Assembly: GCF_003966335.1 (NCBI RefSeq)
Contig: NZ_CP034549.1
Coordinates: forward strand, 1,200,001 to 1,232,000
Reading direction: 5' to 3'
DNA: 32,000 nucleotides
DNA from: Nonlabens ponticola
GTDB lineage: Bacteria > Bacteroidota > Bacteroidia > Flavobacteriales > Flavobacteriaceae
This document shows positions 28,474 through 32,000 of this stretch, one piece after another (position 1 is the stretch's first letter; each line of letters starts with the position of its first letter). The position numbers and the translations under genes were made by a program. Under the pieces are notes generated by a model. It made no database searches, had not been told where the DNA came from, and worked only from the letters and a program-made list of their open reading frames with translations.

Positions 28474-29553
28474 ATGAAAAAAGTACTGCTCACCTTCATA
28501 TTAAGTGTCACTGCACTAATCGCAACTGCCCAAAATGGTATTACTGACGTGCTCGCCGCTGGAGTTGGAGCAGCAACGCTTTATACCGAATCCTATATTA
28601 CGCCAGCTGCAGAAGCGTTTACCTATAATCAAGCTGCAGGTTGGTATAATGACTCCCGAGCACTTGATCAATGGAAATTCAAAGTGCAAATAAGAGCCAA
28701 CGGTACATTCTCGCCAGATGAAGAGAGATCATTTGTATTAGATCCTGCGCAATACGAGGCACTAATTCAGGAATCTTATGATGAGCGCAATATTTTTGGT
28801 GCTGACGTAACCGTCACTTTTCAAGACGGTACTCAAAGACCACGTCGAGTTGCAACAGCACTAGGAACTAACGATCCAGACGAGTTTTTAGTAGTGAATA
28901 CACAACTAGATCTTTTTGGTGTAGAAGAAGAATTTGAGATACAACTAGCACAAGGTTTGGGAAATGCAGGTTTAGACTTGGTTCCGTCTGCTTTTTTACA
29001 AGCTGGCGTTGGTCTAGGCTTTGGACTTGAAGCCAAGGTAAGATACACACCAGAGATCGAGGTAGATGAGGCTCGTATTCAATTATTAGGTGGTGGACTG
29101 CAATGGCAGTTGAGTGAAGTCCTAGATCCAGAAGATAAATTGCCACTAGAATTCTCCGTACTAGCAGCATATACACGTATTGATGCGTTGTATGATTTTG
29201 AAGATGGAGACTTGATTGAAGGAACTAATCAACGATTAGAGTCTGATACTAACAGTTATGTATTCTCTGCCATAGTGGGTACTGATTATAAAGTGCTCAA
29301 TTTTTATGGTGGACTCAACTATGTGACTGGCAATACTCAAACTGATGTTTTAGGTACATATAGAGCGAGTACCACGTTTTCTGGTTTCACTTTGAGTCAA
29401 ACATTCGTAGATCCTATATCAGTCGAGAGTAGTGTAAGCAGCCTTGTAGGAACAGTTGGGACTAAATTATCTTTAGGCTTTTTTGAAATAAGTGCAGATT
29501 ATACGTTGGGAGCCTACGATACGGCAACCGCTGCGCTTAACTTTAAATTCTAG
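28474..29553 (+). CDS. Putative outer-membrane beta-barrel protein
   Basis: 359 aa with a signal peptide (ALIATAQN). Alternating hydrophobic pattern, and a C-terminal ...AALNFKF ending in an aromatic residue. Confidence 0.6.
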   Translation: MKKVLLTFILSVTALIATAQNGITDVLAAGVGAATLYTESYITPAAEAFTYNQAAGWYNDSRALDQWKFKVQIRANGTFSPDEERSFVLDPAQYEALIQESYDERNIFGADVTVTFQDGTQRPRRVATALGTNDPDEFLVVNTQLDLFGVEEEFEIQLAQGLGNAGLDLVPSAFLQAGVGLGFGLEAKVRYTPEIEVDEARIQLLGGGLQWQLSEVLDPEDKLPLEFSVLAAYTRIDALYDFEDGDLIEGTNQRLESDTNSYVFSAIVGTDYKVLNFYGGLNYVTGNTQTDVLGTYRASTTFSGFTLSQTFVDPISVESSVSSLVGTVGTKLSLGFFEISADYTLGAYDTATAALNFKF

Positions 29554-29641
29554 CATTAATAGAATTCGTATTTTTAACACATACTTAGAGCAATCAAATT
29601 ATCTAGGTAGTATACTTAATTCAAACATTTAAAAACACATT

Positions 29642-30562
29642 ATGAAAGTTACCGTAGTAGGAGCAGGCGCAGTAGGTGCCAGCTGTGCAGAATATATCGC
29701 GATCAAGAATTTTGCTAGCGAGGTTGTATTATTAGATATCAAGGAAGGTTTTGCTGAAGGTAAAGCTATGGATCTGATGCAAACTGCATCATTAAACGGT
29801 TTTGATACTAAAATTACTGGTGTAACAAATGATTATTCAAAAACTGCAGATTCCCACATCGCAGTCATCACATCAGGAATACCGCGCAAGCCAGGTATGA
29901 CGCGTGAAGAATTGATAGGAATCAACGCAGGCATTGTAAAATCAGTTTCAAAAAGTATAGTAGAACAGTCACCCAACGTGATCCTAATCGTCGTATCAAA
30001 TCCTATGGATACCATGACTTATCTAGCACATAGAGAGACTGGATTGCCTAAAGAACGTATCATAGGAATGGGCGGCGCACTAGACAGCGCACGTTTCAAA
30101 TACAGACTTGCCGAAGCTCTCGAGGCTCCTATATCAGACGTTGATGGAATGGTAATAGGTGGTCACAGCGATAAAGGTATGGTGCCATTGACCAGACTGG
30201 CGACACGCAACAGCGTCCCAGCTTCAGAGTTCTTGAGCGATGAGCGATTGAACCAAGTAAAAGAAGATACTAAGGTAGGTGGCGCAACGCTAACCAAATT
30301 ATTGGGTACCAGCGCATGGTACGCACCTGGCGCGGCTGTATCTGGATTGGTACAAGCAATTGCTTGTGACCAGAAAAAGATTTTCCCATGTAGCGCATTG
30401 CTGGATGGCGAGTACGGATTGTCAGACCTTTGTATAGGTGTGCCAGTAATTCTAGGAGCAAACGGTATCGAGAAAATCGTTGAGATTGAACTGTCGGACG
30501 ATGAGAAAAACCATCTACATGAAAGTGCCGAAGGTGTCAAGAAAACAAATGCACTGATCTAG
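29642..30562 (+). CDS. mdh: Malate dehydrogenase (LDH-like MDH)
   Basis: MKVTVVGAGAVGASCA Rossmann motif, ITSGIPRKPGMTREEL substrate loop with Arg, and VIGGHSD catalytic His. Confidence 0.92.
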   Translation: MKVTVVGAGAVGASCAEYIAIKNFASEVVLLDIKEGFAEGKAMDLMQTASLNGFDTKITGVTNDYSKTADSHIAVITSGIPRKPGMTREELIGINAGIVKSVSKSIVEQSPNVILIVVSNPMDTMTYLAHRETGLPKERIIGMGGALDSARFKYRLAEALEAPISDVDGMVIGGHSDKGMVPLTRLATRNSVPASEFLSDERLNQVKEDTKVGGATLTKLLGTSAWYAPGAAVSGLVQAIACDQKKIFPCSALLDGEYGLSDLCIGVPVILGANGIEKIVEIELSDDEKNHLHESAEGVKKTNALI

Positions 30563-30570
30563 AAAAGATC

Positions 30571-31065
30571 ATGTCAATTATTCAAAACAGGTCATGGACG
30601 CGACTCAAATTAGTGCTGCTCACCATGACCTGTTTTCTTATTACCGCTTGTCCAGAGTCCATCTACACTACTTATAAATTGGATCGCAAGGACGCCAGCC
30701 AGACGGCCGATGGCTTTTATAAATGTGAATTGGGTACCCTAACGCAGCTAGAAATCAAAGTAGGACATTTCTATAATTATGATAGAAAAACCTATCGTGG
30801 ACCATTAGTTCTGATTAAGAAAAAGGACGATCCTAGAAACGCTATCCAGTTTTTGAAGAAAATACAGTCTGCAAACTATGGAGTATTACATTTGCTGGAT
30901 TCCATACCTGATGATGTGCAGCGCAGTTTTTCTATAAATGAGATGTACGTGTATGGCCTGTCACCATTGTTGCATGACCAGCCCAATAAGCCATCCAGAA
31001 AGGCATTTGATCTAGTCACTATTTACACTGCACAAGGCAAGAATTTTGAGTTTATAAGCAAGTAG
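30571..31065 (+). CDS. Hypothetical lipoprotein
   Basis: 164 aa. LVLLTMTCFLITACPES is a lipoprotein-type signal. Starts 8 nt after the mdh stop. No family recognised. Confidence 0.5.
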   Translation: MSIIQNRSWTRLKLVLLTMTCFLITACPESIYTTYKLDRKDASQTADGFYKCELGTLTQLEIKVGHFYNYDRKTYRGPLVLIKKKDDPRNAIQFLKKIQSANYGVLHLLDSIPDDVQRSFSINEMYVYGLSPLLHDQPNKPSRKAFDLVTIYTAQGKNFEFISK

Positions 31066-31196
31066 AATAAGCTATTTGTGTGATGGAATCTTTATCATTT
31101 TCCCATTACTTTGTGACCTCGTTCAAGAGCTAGCGTGCAACGAGCCAGTAAAGTGATACCGCTACTTTTTTATGTTGACTGGTTTGTTAATGATTA

Positions 31197-31212
31197 CGCT
31201 TTCGCGAAAGCG
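31197..31212. repeat. Iterated palindrome copy 10 (CGCTTTCGCGAAAGCG, 16-nt perfect, plus GGAAT flank)
   Basis: Intergenic, in the 284-nt spacer upstream of secDF. Confidence 0.95.
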
Positions 31213-31304
31213 GAATTACCCAGCTACCGCATCAATTTCACAAGGTGCTGATTACCAGTTAAATTGACTGCAAAATTTTAATTGTCTAGCGATCGATGAA
31301 AGCC

Positions 31305-31312
31305 TATATTTG
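31305..31312 (+). promoter_or_regulatory. Bacteroidota-type -7 box (TATATTTG) upstream of secDF
   Basis: Exact TAnnTTTG, 38 nt upstream of the ATG at 31350. Confidence 0.4.
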
Positions 31313-31349
31313 CTCGTTCAAATTTTAACAACAATTAAAGATTTAGAGA

Positions 31350-32000
31350 ATGCAAAATAAAGGACTGATCAGATTTTTTGCGATCATTTTTGCAGTAGTA
31401 AGTATCTATCAACTTACCTACACCGTTATCACCAACAAGGTTGAAAACGAGGCTGAAACTTATGCAGATAGCAGTGTCGATGAGGCCGCGCCAGATGCGA
31501 GTGCTCAATTTGAGGCCGCTAGAAAAAGATACCTCGACAGTGTGGCAAACCTTGAAGTTTGGGGTGGTTACACGACCTATGCAGATGCAAAGGATGATGA
31601 GCTCAAGAAAGGTCTTGACCTTAAAGGTGGTATCAATGTGATCCTCCAAATCTCTATAAGAGATCTTCTCGTGGGAATGGCAGATGGATCGACTGATGGG
31701 AACTTCCGTACGGCGCTTGATCGTGCAGATGAGCGCATCAAGGATGGTCAGCAAGATTACTTTGACTACTTCATTGAAGAGTTCAACGCCATTGAAGGTG
31801 CGCAGTTGGCATCACCAGATATTTTTGCAAATCAAGAGATGGAAGGTCGTATCAATTTTGATATGACAAATGATGAGGTTGAACCTATACTACGTGAGGA
31901 ACTGCAGTCGTACATGGTGAGTGCTTTTGATGTATTGAGAAAGCGTATCGACAAATTTGGTACAACTCAACCTAATATCCAGCAGCTAGGAAATTCTGGT
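31350..32000 (+). CDS. secDF: Protein translocase subunit SecDF (fused), 3' end cut by the window edge
   Basis: Not in the supplied ORF track. My translation from the ATG at 31350 is open to the window end: MQNKGLIRFFAIIFAVVSIYQLTYTV...LKKGLDLKGGINVILQ...AFDVLRKRIDKFGTTQPNIQQLGNSG. The TM1 plus LDLKGG and RxRIDxFG motifs are SecD hallmarks. Confidence 0.9.
   Translation, partial: MQNKGLIRFFAIIFAVVSIYQLTYTVITNKVENEAETYADSSVDEAAPDASAQFEAARKRYLDSVANLEVWGGYTTYADAKDDELKKGLDLKGGINVILQISIRDLLVGMADGSTDGNFRTALDRADERIKDGQQDYFDYFIEEFNAIEGAQLASPDIFANQEMEGRINFDMTNDEVEPILREELQSYMVSAFDVLRKRIDKFGTTQPNIQQLGNSG

Noticed and set aside
28833-29176. Two minus-strand ORFs (71 and 102 aa) inside the OMP gene, and 30163-30540 inside mdh
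   Set aside because: They are antisense to well-supported CDSs and are shadow ORFs.
31335-31754. 139-aa minus-strand ORF from the track
   Set aside because: It lies entirely antisense to the clearly recognisable secDF reading frame (31350 onward). It has no motifs and Cys/Ile-rich odd composition. It is a shadow ORF.

Overview
The window looks like a compact chromosomal region of a Bacteroidota genome, probably Flavobacteriaceae. Support for that placement: a fused SecDF N-terminus, TAnnTTTG -7 promoter boxes, no Shine-Dalgarno sequences, and DUF2911 / DUF6090-like / DUF1232 families. I read about 34 protein genes and found no rRNA, tRNA, CRISPR array, transposase or integrase. Housekeeping genes (fabH, recR, a 2-oxoacid dehydrogenase E2, ftsE, queE, gyrB, mdh, secDF) are interleaved with six glycosyltransferase or sugar-modification genes, envelope proteins, and poorly characterised genes (HerA-like DUF853 ATPase, an N-terminally divergent ClpP paralog with VOC and DUF1232 partners). 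The strongest signal is not a gene. It is a 14-nt palindrome, GCTTTCGCGAAAGC, extending to 24 nt in its best copy. It occurs 8 times perfectly and twice with one mismatch across the 32 kb, inside eight unrelated CDSs on both strands and in two intergenic spacers. A random 14-mer is expected about 1e-4 times in this length. It behaves like a highly iterated palindrome or uptake-signal-type genomic word rather than a mobile element. Other points: five of six convergent gene junctions have at most 1 nt of spacer. The ORF track misses the secDF 5' end and shows an antisense shadow ORF there instead. ftsE is translationally coupled to glycosyltransferases rather than ftsX. I cannot show that the window holds a discrete new multi-gene system such as a defence island. 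The iterated palindrome and the ClpP-like operon are the best candidates for something undescribed.
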